Source: Hyalangium minutum (lineage in GTDB: Bacteria; Myxococcota; Myxococcia; Myxococcales; Myxococcaceae). Taken from it: DNA of 64,000 nt. The DNA lies in contig NZ_JMCB01000012.1 of NCBI RefSeq assembly GCF_000737315.1, positions 237,615 to 301,614 on the forward strand, written 5' to 3'. Below are positions 33,692-43,451 of the stretch, in pieces (within the stretch, counting starts at the first letter, position 1; each line of letters opens with the position of its first letter). The notes under the pieces are model-generated. The model had not been told where the DNA came from. It did no database searches and saw only the letters and a program-made list of their open reading frames with translations. The translations under genes and the position numbers were made by a program.

Positions 33692-34170
33692 GAGAGCCCT
33701 CCGGAGGTGCTGGGGCGCGCGGGCGTGTTCAGCCCGACGAGGCGCTCCACACGCGGGGTGGGAGCACACAGGTCGGCCAGGGTCAGCCGGCCCAGTGCGT
33801 CTTGGATGGCCTGGTTGATGACGCGCCAGTGGCCTCGGACGCGACACACGGACTCCAGCTCACAGGCGGCCTCGTTCGTGGACGAGTGCTGCACGCACTC
33901 GGTGATGGCCACGGGCCCTTCAAGGGCGGTGATAATCTGCGTGAGCGGGATGGCGGCAGCCGGGCGGGAGAGCCCATAGCCGCCCATGGCCCCCCGGTGG
34001 GACACGAGCACGCCGGCAGTCTGCAACCCCTTGAGCACCTTGCTCACCGAGGGCAGTGGCACCTTCGTGGCCTCGGCCAGCTCGCGGGCGGTGCGCGTGC
34101 TGCCCTCCTCCCGAGCGAGCTCGGTCAGCAGCACGAGGCCGTAGTCGGTCATCTTGCTCATCCGGAACAT
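33688..34170 (-). CDS. Rrf2-family SUF system transcriptional regulator
   Basis: [11 protein letters not shown], wHTH with RGAMGGY, three C-terminal Cys; heads the suf operon. Confidence 0.92.
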
Positions 34171-34224
34171 CCGGTACTCTCCTGGAGTGGGCTTGAGGCG
34201 CCCCGGCTTGCGCCGCCTCTCTAC

Positions 34225-34253
34225 TTAAACAGTACTAAAACGGTCCACATTAA
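34225..34253. promoter_or_regulatory. candidate Rrf2 operator / suf promoter
   Basis: AT-rich imperfect palindrome TTAAACAGTACTAAAACGGTCCACATTAA about 55 bp upstream of the regulator. Confidence 0.45.
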
Positions 34254-34328
34254 AATGGGAGGGGCCCTGGCTGGACGGCTGCCAGGGGGACATGTGAAGA
34301 GAGGGCGTTCCTTGGAGGAAGCCTGCCC

Positions 34329-35522
34329 ATGCGCCGTCCCGTGTCGCTGTTGCTCGCTGCGCTGACCCTGGCCGTGGTGGCCTGCGAGAAGAAGTCGCAG
34401 CCCCCGCCTGCTCCCTCGACTCCTGCTCCTACGGCCGAGGCCCCGGCCACTCCTCCGGCGGCCTCGGACACCATTCTGATGGGTGAGGTGGGGAGCCTGA
34501 CGGGCAGCGAGGCCACGTTCGGCATCTCGGCGCGCAACGGCATCGAGCTGGCCATCAACGAGGCGAACGAGGCCGGCGGGGTGCGGGGCAAGAAGGTGGC
34601 GGTGCGCGTCTATGACAGCCAGGGCAAGCCGGAGGAGGCGGCCCAGGCGGTGACGCGGCTGATTGCTCAAGACAAGGTGGCGGTGATCATCGGCGAGGCG
34701 GCCTCATCGGTGTCGATGGCGATGGCGGAGAAGGCGCAGGCGGCGGGGGTGCCTCAGATCACGTACACGTCGACGGCGCCCGAGGTGACGCAGAAGGGGG
34801 ACTACATCTTCCGGGTGTGCTTCATCGATCCGTTCCAGGGCAAGGTGATGGCGAAGTTCGCGAAGGAGAACCTGAACCTGACCCAGGTGGTGGTGCTGAC
34901 GGACAACAAGGCCGCGTACTCGATTGGCCTGGCGAAGGTGTTCATCGAGGAGTTCCAGAAGATGGGCGGCCAGGTGGTGGCGAACGAGAGCTACTCGAAG
35001 GGGGACACGGACTTCCGGGCGCAGCTGACGGCGATCAAGCGGGTGAAGCCGCAGGGCGTGTTCGTGCCGGGGTACTACACGGACGTGGGACTCATCGCGC
35101 GGCAGGCGCGGGAGCTGGGGCTGAAGGTTCCGCTGCTGGGCGGGGATGGGTGGGAGAGCGAGAAGCTGTTCGAGCTGGGCGGCTCGGCGCTGGATGGGAG
35201 CTACTTCTCGAACCACTACGCGCTGGACAACCCGGATCCGCTGCTCAAGGCGTTCGCGGAGAAGTACCAGAAGGCGTACGGGAGCCTGCCGGACAGCGTG
35301 GCGGCGCTGGCGTACGACGCGACGAAGCTGGCGATCGACGCGATGAAGCGGGCTCCGGATCTGTCGGGCAAGGCGCTGCGGGATGCGATTGCGGCGACGA
35401 AGGACTTCCCGGGGGTAGCGGGGAAGATCACCATCAACGCCAACCGGGATGCGGAAAAGCAGGCGGTGGTGCTGAAGGTGGAGAACGGGAAGACCCAGTT
35501 CGTCACCACCGTGCAGCCGTAG
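34329..35522 (+). CDS. branched-chain amino acid ABC transporter substrate-binding lipoprotein (LivJ/K-like)
   Basis: VVAC lipobox; GIELAINEAN, YIFRVCFIDPFQG and LGGDGW motifs. Confidence 0.9.
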   Translation: MRRPVSLLLAALTLAVVACEKKSQPPPAPSTPAPTAEAPATPPAASDTILMGEVGSLTGSEATFGISARNGIELAINEANEAGGVRGKKVAVRVYDSQGKPEEAAQAVTRLIAQDKVAVIIGEAASSVSMAMAEKAQAAGVPQITYTSTAPEVTQKGDYIFRVCFIDPFQGKVMAKFAKENLNLTQVVVLTDNKAAYSIGLAKVFIEEFQKMGGQVVANESYSKGDTDFRAQLTAIKRVKPQGVFVPGYYTDVGLIARQARELGLKVPLLGGDGWESEKLFELGGSALDGSYFSNHYALDNPDPLLKAFAEKYQKAYGSLPDSVAALAYDATKLAIDAMKRAPDLSGKALRDAIAATKDFPGVAGKITINANRDAEKQAVVLKVENGKTQFVTTVQP

Positions 35523-35527
35523 CGCGG

Positions 35528-36520
35528 CTACCGCTTCGCGCGCGGGCTGCGGGCCTTGAGACGCGGGCTCGAAGAACGGCCCGCGCGCTTGGGCGTCGGC
35601 TTGCGTTGGAAGAGTTCCTGGACAGACTTCGCCGTCACGGCCTGGCCGAGCCAGCGCTCAAGCTGGGCCCGCTCCGTACACGCCAGAATCCGTCGCTGGG
35701 CCGTGCCCTCTACAGCGAACCCACGGGCTTCCAGCACTTTGATGAGGGCCTGACGCTCGCCCTCCAAGTGTCCCTCCTGACGTCCCTGCTTCAACCCCCT
35801 CTCCAACCCCTTCTCCATCCCCTTCTCCATCCCCTGAGCCACGAACTTCCGGAAGAACTCGCTCTGGTACTCGTACTCGCCGCTCTTCATGATGGACTCC
35901 AAGACTCTGCGCACGGCCTCTCCTAGCGAGGAGAAGGCCAGGTCAAGGTAGAAGGTGGCTTGCTCACGAGCAAGGCCACGAGAAGAACTCGCCACGGCCT
36001 CGAACAGTCCCGGCGCTAGCTCCGGTTTCTGCCCGTGAGCCATGGCCGATAACACCGCCAACTCGGGAGAGTCTCCTGCTTCCCGCTTGCCCAGAAGCAC
36101 GGGGATGGAGCGCGGCCCCGCGACCAACGGCTGGAGCACGAAGCCAGGATGCCCCAACAAGATGGGTTGAGCACACCAGTGGGCCACAGCTGGGTCTGGC
36201 GCCACCACCAGCAATACCGCAGGGCAATTCATCCGCGCGCGCAGGGTGGTCAAGTACACCGGCCAGCTCTTGCGCTTCCGCGTAGAGCGCGACAGCTGCA
36301 CCTCCACGACGATAGCGAGGACGGGCCTGCCCTTCCTCAAGAGCACCACCAGATCTGCCCGATACTCGGTGGGCACCACCTGGGTGAACTCCGGGGACTC
36401 CACTCGAATCTCGGCCCAAGAGGGGAGCTCCATTCCCAACGGCCCTTTCAACAACTCGGGCGCCAGGGCCGGGTGGTTGCGAAACAAGCTCACCAGCCCG
36501 TCATGTTTCATGGATGCCAT
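35528..36520 (-). CDS. Rpn/RpnC-YadD-like PD-(D/E)XK nuclease, copy 1
   Basis: EYRADLVV..VEVQL..RKRKSWPVY catalytic core; C-terminal QGMEKGMEKG...EG repeats. Confidence 0.8.
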   Translation of the reverse strand: MASMKHDGLVSLFRNHPALAPELLKGPLGMELPSWAEIRVESPEFTQVVPTEYRADLVVLLRKGRPVLAIVVEVQLSRSTRKRKSWPVYLTTLRARMNCPAVLLVVAPDPAVAHWCAQPILLGHPGFVLQPLVAGPRSIPVLLGKREAGDSPELAVLSAMAHGQKPELAPGLFEAVASSSRGLAREQATFYLDLAFSSLGEAVRRVLESIMKSGEYEYQSEFFRKFVAQGMEKGMEKGLERGLKQGRQEGHLEGERQALIKVLEARGFAVEGTAQRRILACTERAQLERWLGQAVTAKSVQELFQRKPTPKRAGRSSSPRLKARSPRAKR

Positions 36521-36528
36521 GACGCGGC

Positions 36529-36550
36529 ACCCTACGTGGTACGTCTGACA
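36529..36550 (-). promoter_or_regulatory. TGTCAGAC-N8-TAGGGT-N8-ATG leaderless-type promoter candidate
   Basis: Read directly on the minus strand; identical spacing recurs at 48194..48215. Confidence 0.55.
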
Positions 36551-36652
36551 GGCCAGGGCCTACCAGTCCCATGCGGTTTCATCGGCACTCCCCGTGCTGT
36601 GACCCGAAGGTGGTACAGCCTTCCTCCCATGGGTCCGGTACTCCACAGATCC

Positions 36653-37357
36653 ATGCCATCGCTCAGGTCTCAGACCGCTCGGGCCCTCCCGGACACCCGG
36701 ATCCTCCGGCAGCAGGTTCTCGCGGACGAGAACACCTCCGAGCTCGCACGGATGTTGGGCGTCTCCACCGACGAGTACCTCGATCACGTCGTGCACTTCC
36801 TCCGCCACACCCAAGAGGAGCCGGAGTTCTACATCGTCGAGGACTCGGATCTGCGCGCCATGGGACTCGAGCGCCCGGATCCCGAGGAGATGGGGCGCTT
36901 CGTCCTGGACGCCGCCAGCCTCGCCGAGGCCGCCGAGGGCAAGCTGGAGCTCGTCCCCGGCCTGGGCGTCGCGAAGTTCACCGGGTCGCCCTTCGGCAGG
37001 CTGTTGGTCAGCGTGGGGCTGTCCTCCGTCGAGGGCGGCCCCAGCAGCCGCCTCAACCAGGGGCTGGGCCGCCTCGGCAAGCTGGGCGGCGGCAAGCTGC
37101 TCGGCGCCTTCAAGGGCTTCGCCTCCCGCTTCCTCGGCCCCGTGCAGAGCTTCCTGAGCAAGCCGGGCCTCTGGGGGATCGCCGGGTTCCTTCAGAGCGC
37201 CAAGAGCCCCGAGCACCTGCTCTCCATGGCCCGCATCCTCTTCGCCGCACGCCAGCGCGCCGCTACGCCGGATGACACCACCCGCCACCTCATCCAGCAC
37301 AACCTCATGCAGCTCTTCGCCTACCGCCACGCCCAGATGACCGCGCCCGCCTCCTGA
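36653..37357 (+). CDS. hypothetical protein
   Basis: High-GC3 ORF with an acidic helical N-domain and a Gly/Leu-rich amphipathic C-domain; start at 36629 or 36653. Confidence 0.7.
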   Translation: MPSLRSQTARALPDTRILRQQVLADENTSELARMLGVSTDEYLDHVVHFLRHTQEEPEFYIVEDSDLRAMGLERPDPEEMGRFVLDAASLAEAAEGKLELVPGLGVAKFTGSPFGRLLVSVGLSSVEGGPSSRLNQGLGRLGKLGGGKLLGAFKGFASRFLGPVQSFLSKPGLWGIAGFLQSAKSPEHLLSMARILFAARQRAATPDDTTRHLIQHNLMQLFAYRHAQMTAPAS

Positions 37358-37360
37358 GCC

Positions 37361-38896
37361 TCACCGCTTCGCTGCGTTCTTGATCGTCTCCTGGATCAGG
37401 TCCACGTAGCGCCGGTTCTTCGGGTTCAGCTTGAACGCCTTGCGGTACGCATCCTCCGCCTGCGCCCACTGGCCCTCTCCGCGGCTCACCTCGCCCAGGA
37501 AGAACCACCCCTCTTCCAGCCCCGGCTCCTGGCGCAGCACGTCCGTCAGCTCCTGCACCACCAGCTTGCCGTGCACCTCCGGTTTCATCAGGTACCGCGC
37601 CCACGCCCGGTAGGACAGGTGCAGCGGCCGCGGCTCGATGTCGCACGCGTACTCGAAGTACTCGAACGCCCCCGAGAAGTTGCGCGCCTCCAGCCGCTGC
37701 TTGCCCTGCTCGAACTGTGTCCGCCCGTCCAGCAACTCCGTCTTGATGCGGAACTGCTCCGCCGTCGACGGCCGTCCCGTTGCCCCTCGCTCCTTCTCCC
37801 GCGCCGCCGCCCGCCGCTTGCGCCACAGCGCCGCCAGGTCTGGCTCCGACAACACCCCAAACGCCCGCCCGTACGCCGCCAGCAGCACCTCCGCCTTCTC
37901 CTTCAAGTCCGGAGTGTTGAAGCGCAGCGGGTTGAACTTGTCCGCCATCGACAGGAACGCCTTGCGCAGCGCCAGTGGCTGCACGTCCTCCGGCACTCCC
38001 AGCAGCCCGAACGGATCCTGGCTCCGGTGCGACATGAACGCGCTCATCAGCGCGTTGCGCGCCGCCTCGTCCTCGTCCGAGAACGGCGTCCCCGAGGGCA
38101 CCGCCGCCTTCACCGGCTCCGGCTCCACCACCACCGGAGCCGCAGGTGGAGGCGCAGACGCCACCCGCTCGTCCACCGAGTCCGCGAAGTCCACCACCCC
38201 CACGATGCACAGCGCGTACAGCCGCCGCAGCGCGGTCTCCGTGTCGTAGCTCGTCTGCTGCAACAGCTCCGCGAACGTGGGCCGCGCCTTCAGCGCCTGG
38301 AACAGCCGCGCGTCCTTCGCCGACAGCTTCGGCCCATCCACCCCCGGCACCTGCGCGAAGCGCCGGTCATCTGTGAAGGTGAAGTGCGTGGCCACCGCGT
38401 CGAACGGCATCATGTTCGCCACGCCCGTGAGGATGAGCTGCGCCGTGTTCGTCCGCACGCTCGTGGCCGGCTGCTCCACGTCCGCGATCAGCTTGTACTT
38501 TGCCTCTGTCCACCGAAAGCAATCCAGCAGGCTCATCCCCAGGTTCGCCTGCAGCTGCTTGTACAAATCGAACGGGCTGATCAGCCCCTTCTGCACCAGC
38601 AGCGCCCCCATGTCCTGCCCCGTCTGGATGCTCTCCGAGAGCGCCTTCTGGTAGTCCACCTCGCTCAGCCGCCCCTTCTCCACCAGGAACTTGCCCAGCG
38701 TCTCGTGCAGCAGGTTCGACACGCACGCTACAGGCGCGCCGTCCTCGAACGTGATGCGCTTCTCGCGCTGGCGCACCCTCAGCTCCAGCGTGCAGGTGCG
38801 CTCCTCCACATCCAGCGCGTGCAGCAGCAGAGGCAGAGGCAGTTCCGAGAGCGTCCCCTCACGCTGGCGGAGCACATGGGATGGAGCGGGGAACAT
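37361..38896 (-). CDS. DUF4388 / J-like / TPR protein
   Basis: N-terminal DUF4388 (LHETLGKFLVEKG), J-like DPFGLLGV...KFNPLRF and C-terminal TPRs. Confidence 0.8.
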   Translation of the reverse strand: MFPAPSHVLRQREGTLSELPLPLLLHALDVEERTCTLELRVRQREKRITFEDGAPVACVSNLLHETLGKFLVEKGRLSEVDYQKALSESIQTGQDMGALLVQKGLISPFDLYKQLQANLGMSLLDCFRWTEAKYKLIADVEQPATSVRTNTAQLILTGVANMMPFDAVATHFTFTDDRRFAQVPGVDGPKLSAKDARLFQALKARPTFAELLQQTSYDTETALRRLYALCIVGVVDFADSVDERVASAPPPAAPVVVEPEPVKAAVPSGTPFSDEDEAARNALMSAFMSHRSQDPFGLLGVPEDVQPLALRKAFLSMADKFNPLRFNTPDLKEKAEVLLAAYGRAFGVLSEPDLAALWRKRRAAAREKERGATGRPSTAEQFRIKTELLDGRTQFEQGKQRLEARNFSGAFEYFEYACDIEPRPLHLSYRAWARYLMKPEVHGKLVVQELTDVLRQEPGLEEGWFFLGEVSRGEGQWAQAEDAYRKAFKLNPKNRRYVDLIQETIKNAAKR

Positions 38897-38984
38897 CGGT
38901 GGCCTCAGCGAGTGAGTCGATCCAGAAGTCTACGAAAGCCGAGTATAATGGTATCAACCCTGAATCACAGCGCCACGCGTCTTC

Positions 38985-39782
38985 CTATTCCTCATCCGTG
39001 GCGTATGGATCCGCGTACGGGTTGGCGTACGGGTCGTCCATCGGCGGATGGAGCGTGCTCAGTGCCCGGTAGCCCAGCACCAAGACCACAAGGGCAATGA
39101 TCCCATAGGTGATGGGACGGCTGGGACGGGCCCTCCAAGCCCACATCCGCTCGCGGCGGCGCTGGAAGCCCGGTGCCGCCACGTAGTCCTTCCAGGCCTC
39201 GTCGCGCATCAGCGCCGCGTCCGCGTCCCGGCCCGCCTTGTCCAGTGCCTTGGCCAGCAGCGTCCGCCCTTCAATCGAGCCGTTCCGCCCCTTCACGAAG
39301 CGCTCCAGCGCCTCGATGGCGCCTGCCGTGTCCCCCTGCGCCAGCCGCAGCCGGCCGCGCTCCAAGTCGAGGGAGCCCTGGCGGTAGTCCGGGTTCAGCT
39401 TCTCCGCCTCGCTCAGCAGCAGCTCGCCCTTGGCCTTCTCCCCCGCCCCCAGGTACGCCACCCCGAGCAGGAAGAGCGTGTCCACGTCGTCGTCGCCCGC
39501 CTCCAGGTTGGGCTTCAGCAGCTCCACCGCCTGGGCATAACGCCCCTGCCCCACCCGCAGCTCCGCCAGCTCGAAGCGGGCCCGGCGATCGTGCGTGTTC
39601 GTCATCAACGTCCGCTCGAGCTGCCCAGCGCGCCGCCACCGGTGGATGAAGCGCAGCGGGCGCGGCAGGAGCTGGAGGGTGAACCGGTCCATCATCCACA
39701 GGGCCCCGAACACCAGCACCAGCGACAGCAGCGGGCTGCCGGTGAGCATCGAGACGACCATCCACAACATCCACGTGCTCAT
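38985..39782 (-). CDS. membrane-anchored TPR protein
   Basis: N- and C-terminal TMs around TPRs; PYANPYADPYA tail. Confidence 0.8.
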   Translation of the reverse strand: MSTWMLWMVVSMLTGSPLLSLVLVFGALWMMDRFTLQLLPRPLRFIHRWRRAGQLERTLMTNTHDRRARFELAELRVGQGRYAQAVELLKPNLEAGDDDVDTLFLLGVAYLGAGEKAKGELLLSEAEKLNPDYRQGSLDLERGRLRLAQGDTAGAIEALERFVKGRNGSIEGRTLLAKALDKAGRDADAALMRDEAWKDYVAAPGFQRRRERMWAWRARPSRPITYGIIALVVLVLGYRALSTLHPPMDDPYANPYADPYATDEE

Positions 39783-39815
39783 GCTTCGCCGTTCCCTCCC
39801 AAGAGCCTCTCTACC

Positions 39816-41021
39816 TCAAATCAGCCGCGCGGAAATGGCGCTGTGCAGATCCGCCCCCGCGTCCGTCAACACCAGCCGCCCGCCCTGGAGCGTCGCCAGC
39901 CCGTGCGCCACCAGCCGGGTCACCTCGGCCCGCCGAGGCGCCGGGTCCTGCCCGTACGCCGCGCACACCGCCTCCCAGTCCACCCCCGAGCGCAGCCGCA
40001 GCCCCATCGCGAGCCGCTCCGCGAACAGCTCCTCCGCGCTCAGCTCCTCGCGGCTCGCCTCCGGCAACGTCCCCTGCTCCACCGCGCGCAGGTACGCCTC
40101 CGCGCTCCGCAGGTTCACGTACCGGTGCGGAGCGGGCACGTGCAGCATGCCCGTGGCGCCCACGCCCAGCGCCAGGTACTCGCCGCCGGTCCAGTACAGC
40201 GCGTTGTGCCGGGAGGCGTAGCCCTCCCGCGCGTGGTTGGAGATTTCATACCGGTGCAGACCGTGCGCTCCGTACACCTCGCGCACGGTGGCGGCCATCT
40301 CCACCACGTCGTCGTCCGAGGGCAGCGCCACCTCACCCCGCACCAGCCGCTTCGCCAGTGGCGTGTCCTCCGCCAGCACCTCGCGCTCCAGCGTCAGCGC
40401 ATAGGTGGACAGGTGCTCCGGCTCCAACGTCACCGCGCGCCGCGCATCCGCCTCCACCTGCGCCCGCGTCTGCCCGTGGACTCCATAGATGAAGTCCATC
40501 GACACCGCCTCGAAGCCCGCGCGCCGAGCCATGCGGAATGCCGCCTCCGCCTCCTGCCCGTCATGCGCGCGGCCGAGCGCCTTCAACGTCTCCGGCTGGA
40601 AGGACTGGACGCCGAGCGAGAGCCGGTTCACCCCCGCAGCCTGGAAGCCTGCATACCGCTCCGCGTCCGCCACCTCGGGGTTGGCTTCCAGCGAGACCTC
40701 CGCCTGGGGCGCTACCGGCAACCGAGCAGCAATGCCCTCGAGCACCCTCGCCACCCACTTCGGGTGCCACAGCGAGGGCGTGCCCCCTCCGAGGAAGATG
40801 GACTCCAGCGTCCGCTTCCGGAGCTCCGGCGTGGCCTCCAGCCGCGCGTCCAGCTCCCGGAGGACGGCGTGGGCGTAGCGCTCCTCTGGCACCTGGCGCG
40901 CCACCGCCACGGCGAAGTCGCAGTACGGGCACTTCGCCAGGCAGTACGGAAAGTGCAGGTACAGCCCGAAGCGGGCCGCTGCCATTCCAGTATGGGGATC
41001 GATGGGCGCGGAGAACGGCAT
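39816..41021 (-). CDS. hemW: radical SAM family heme chaperone HemW
   Basis: GLYLHFPYCLAKCPYCDF, GGGTPS and YEISNHA motifs. Confidence 0.92.
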   Translation of the reverse strand: MPFSAPIDPHTGMAAARFGLYLHFPYCLAKCPYCDFAVAVARQVPEERYAHAVLRELDARLEATPELRKRTLESIFLGGGTPSLWHPKWVARVLEGIAARLPVAPQAEVSLEANPEVADAERYAGFQAAGVNRLSLGVQSFQPETLKALGRAHDGQEAEAAFRMARRAGFEAVSMDFIYGVHGQTRAQVEADARRAVTLEPEHLSTYALTLEREVLAEDTPLAKRLVRGEVALPSDDDVVEMAATVREVYGAHGLHRYEISNHAREGYASRHNALYWTGGEYLALGVGATGMLHVPAPHRYVNLRSAEAYLRAVEQGTLPEASREELSAEELFAERLAMGLRLRSGVDWEAVCAAYGQDPAPRRAEVTRLVAHGLATLQGGRLVLTDAGADLHSAISARLI

Positions 41022-41028
41022 GGGGTGG

Positions 41029-43257
41029 CTACTTCTTGCCACCCTTCAACTGCGCCTCGAGGCGGGCCAATTTCGCCTTGTAGGTCGCCGCCGCCTCAAT
41101 GGCGGACTCGGCTGCCATCAGCTTCTTCTTCATGGCCGCCACATCCGACTTGAGCTTGTCGCGCTCAGCGATGAGCTCGGCCGAAGCCGCTCCCCCGCCC
41201 GCCGCTGGGGCCGCCGAGGCCGCACGCGCCTGCTCCAGCTCCTGCTCCAGGCTCGCACGCTGGGTCTGCTCCAGTTGCAGCGCCGACTCCAGCTCGGCCA
41301 TGCGCTGCTCCAGGCTCTCTTTCTCGGCCTGCTGCGCCTGCAGTGAGGCCTCCACCTGCGCCAGCTTCTGGCCCATGGCCCCCTGGCCGCCCTTCTCGGA
41401 CTTCAGCGCCGCCTCCGCCTGCGCCAGCTTCAGCTCCAGCGTGGTGCGGGCCTTGGTCGCCTCGGCCTCGGCCTTCTTCGCATCGGCCTCCGCCTTCTTG
41501 AGCGTCTTGAGGGTGTTCTCGTTGGCCGCCAGGTCCGCCGCCGCCTTCTTCGTGGCAGCCGCAGCGTCGCGCTTGGCCGTCTCCAGCGCGCCCTCCAGCA
41601 TCTTCAGGCGCTGCTCGAGCTTCGTGACCTTGTCGTCGGCATCCCCGCGCGCCTCCTCATGAGACTGGAGCGTCAGCTGCGTGGACTGCAGCGCCGACTC
41701 CGTGGACGCGAGCGTCTGCTTCACCGTGTCCAGCTGCGCCACCACGTCGTCGCGCTCGGCCCGCGCCACCGCGAGTGCCGTCTGCAGCTCCTCGACCTGG
41801 GCCTCCGCGTTGTGCACCGTCTCGGTCAGCGCGGTGGTGTCCGCATCGAGGCGGTCCCGCATCGCCACCTGCTCGGCCTCGCTGGCCTCCAGCGCGCCCT
41901 TGAGCGAGGACACCTCCAGCTCGGCCGTCTGGGCCCGCTCGGAGAACGAGGCCACCTCGGACTCCAGGCCACGCACCTTCTCCTTGAGCGTGGCCACCTG
42001 TCCCTCGGCCATCTCCGCGCGGCCAATGAGCGACCCGGCCTCAGCCGTGCGGGCGGAGAGCGCGGCACGCACGCCCACCAGGTCCGCGTCCTTGAGCGCC
42101 GCCGTGCGCTCCAGCTCGGCGATCCGCGTCTTCTGCTTCTTCTGGTCAGCCTCGAGCGCTTCGACCTGCACCCGCGCCGCCATCAGCTCCGAGCGGGCCT
42201 CGTCCCGCTCCGCCTCCACCAGCTGGGCGCGGGACTGCGCCTCCTCGAGCGAGCTGCGCGACCACTCGCTCTCGCTCTCCAGGGCGCTCAGGCTGCCGTT
42301 GGCCTCGGCCAGCGCCGTCTCCAGCTGGCTGTTGCGTAGCTGCTGCTCGTCGCGCTCCGTCGCCAGCGTGTCGCGCTCGGCGGCGTAGGCGTCCCGCTCC
42401 GTGGTGGCGGTGGTGAGCTCTTCGGTGAGCCGCTCCACGTCCGCCAGGGCGGCCTGGAACTGCTCCTGCACCGCCTCCATGGTGCCCTGGGCCTCGGACT
42501 TCTCCGCGGCCAGGTCCGCCACGCGGTCCTGCGCCAGCGAGAGGGCCTCCTTGGCGCCAATGAGCTCCTCGGCCAGGGCCGCGCGGGCCTCCCGCTCCGA
42601 GCGCAGGTCGTCCTGGAGCCGCGGCAGCTCCGCCTCCACGTTGAGCAGCGCGCGGGACAGATCCTTGCGGTCCGCCTCCATCGCCTCCAGCTCGCCCTGG
42701 GCCTCGGCCAGCTTCGTCTCGGCCGTAGCGGCGCGCTTCTCCAGGCGCGCCTTCTCCTCCTGCACCTGGGCCAGCTTCAGCGGCAGGTCCTTCAAGCCGC
42801 CAAGCTGGCCGCGGACCTCCGTGATTTCCTTCTTTGCGGCCGCGAGGTCCTGGGTGAGCTGCGCCACGGACTGGCGCTGCGCGTTGGCCTCGGTCTCCTT
42901 CTCCGAATAGAGCGAGCGAGCGCGGGCCAGCGTCTCCGTCTTCTGCTTGAGGACCTGACGGAAGAACTCGAGCTTCTCCTCGGGCGCCGCGCCCATGGGG
43001 AGGCGGGGCTCGGAGGGCTCACCGAAGGGGTCTCCGCCCGGCACGGCGCGGTTGGCCCTCAGTGGGTTGGCCACACCGGACTGACTCCCCGTGGGAATGG
43101 GGGCGGGAGCGGCCGAAGCCGCCTTACGCGGAGGTAGCGGGGGAGGAGCCACCGCCGGTGCGGGTTTGGTGGCCGTGGAGGGGACCGATGGACTGCCCCC
43201 ATCCAGGCTCTCGCGCAGGTCCGCCAGCGGATCCAGCTCTTCCAGGGGCGATGCCAT
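41029..43257 (-). CDS. long coiled-coil protein
   Basis: Pro-rich N-terminus followed by about 640 aa of heptads. Confidence 0.8.
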   Translation of the reverse strand: MASPLEELDPLADLRESLDGGSPSVPSTATKPAPAVAPPPLPPRKAASAAPAPIPTGSQSGVANPLRANRAVPGGDPFGEPSEPRLPMGAAPEEKLEFFRQVLKQKTETLARARSLYSEKETEANAQRQSVAQLTQDLAAAKKEITEVRGQLGGLKDLPLKLAQVQEEKARLEKRAATAETKLAEAQGELEAMEADRKDLSRALLNVEAELPRLQDDLRSEREARAALAEELIGAKEALSLAQDRVADLAAEKSEAQGTMEAVQEQFQAALADVERLTEELTTATTERDAYAAERDTLATERDEQQLRNSQLETALAEANGSLSALESESEWSRSSLEEAQSRAQLVEAERDEARSELMAARVQVEALEADQKKQKTRIAELERTAALKDADLVGVRAALSARTAEAGSLIGRAEMAEGQVATLKEKVRGLESEVASFSERAQTAELEVSSLKGALEASEAEQVAMRDRLDADTTALTETVHNAEAQVEELQTALAVARAERDDVVAQLDTVKQTLASTESALQSTQLTLQSHEEARGDADDKVTKLEQRLKMLEGALETAKRDAAAATKKAAADLAANENTLKTLKKAEADAKKAEAEATKARTTLELKLAQAEAALKSEKGGQGAMGQKLAQVEASLQAQQAEKESLEQRMAELESALQLEQTQRASLEQELEQARAASAAPAAGGGAASAELIAERDKLKSDVAAMKKKLMAAESAIEAAATYKAKLARLEAQLKGGKK

Positions 43258-43451
43258 GAGGCTCGCAGGTTATCGCCCGTGGGGGCACTTCTCCAAATAC
43301 ACATGAGGTGTAAGGAGCGCCTGCCCCCCTGCCCGCGCCCTAGACGTTCAAACGGATCGCCTCGGGCCGGGCCGGACGTTAGGCAGTAGGGAATCACCAT
43401 ACGCTCCGTCTTGCTTCCGTGCAGGGCTGGTGCCAGCTTCGGACACCTCCT

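Noticed and set aside
38920-38950. Perfect TATAAT on the plus strand between two minus-strand genes
   Set aside because: The -35 match is weak (TCCAGA) and the orientation is antisense; insufficient support without TSS data.
39048-41153. 701-aa plus-strand ORF
   Set aside because: Antisense to the TPR gene and hemW.
43298-43312. TACAC-N5-GTGTA palindrome between the coiled-coil and M16 genes
   Set aside because: Only 5-bp arms, within chance expectation.
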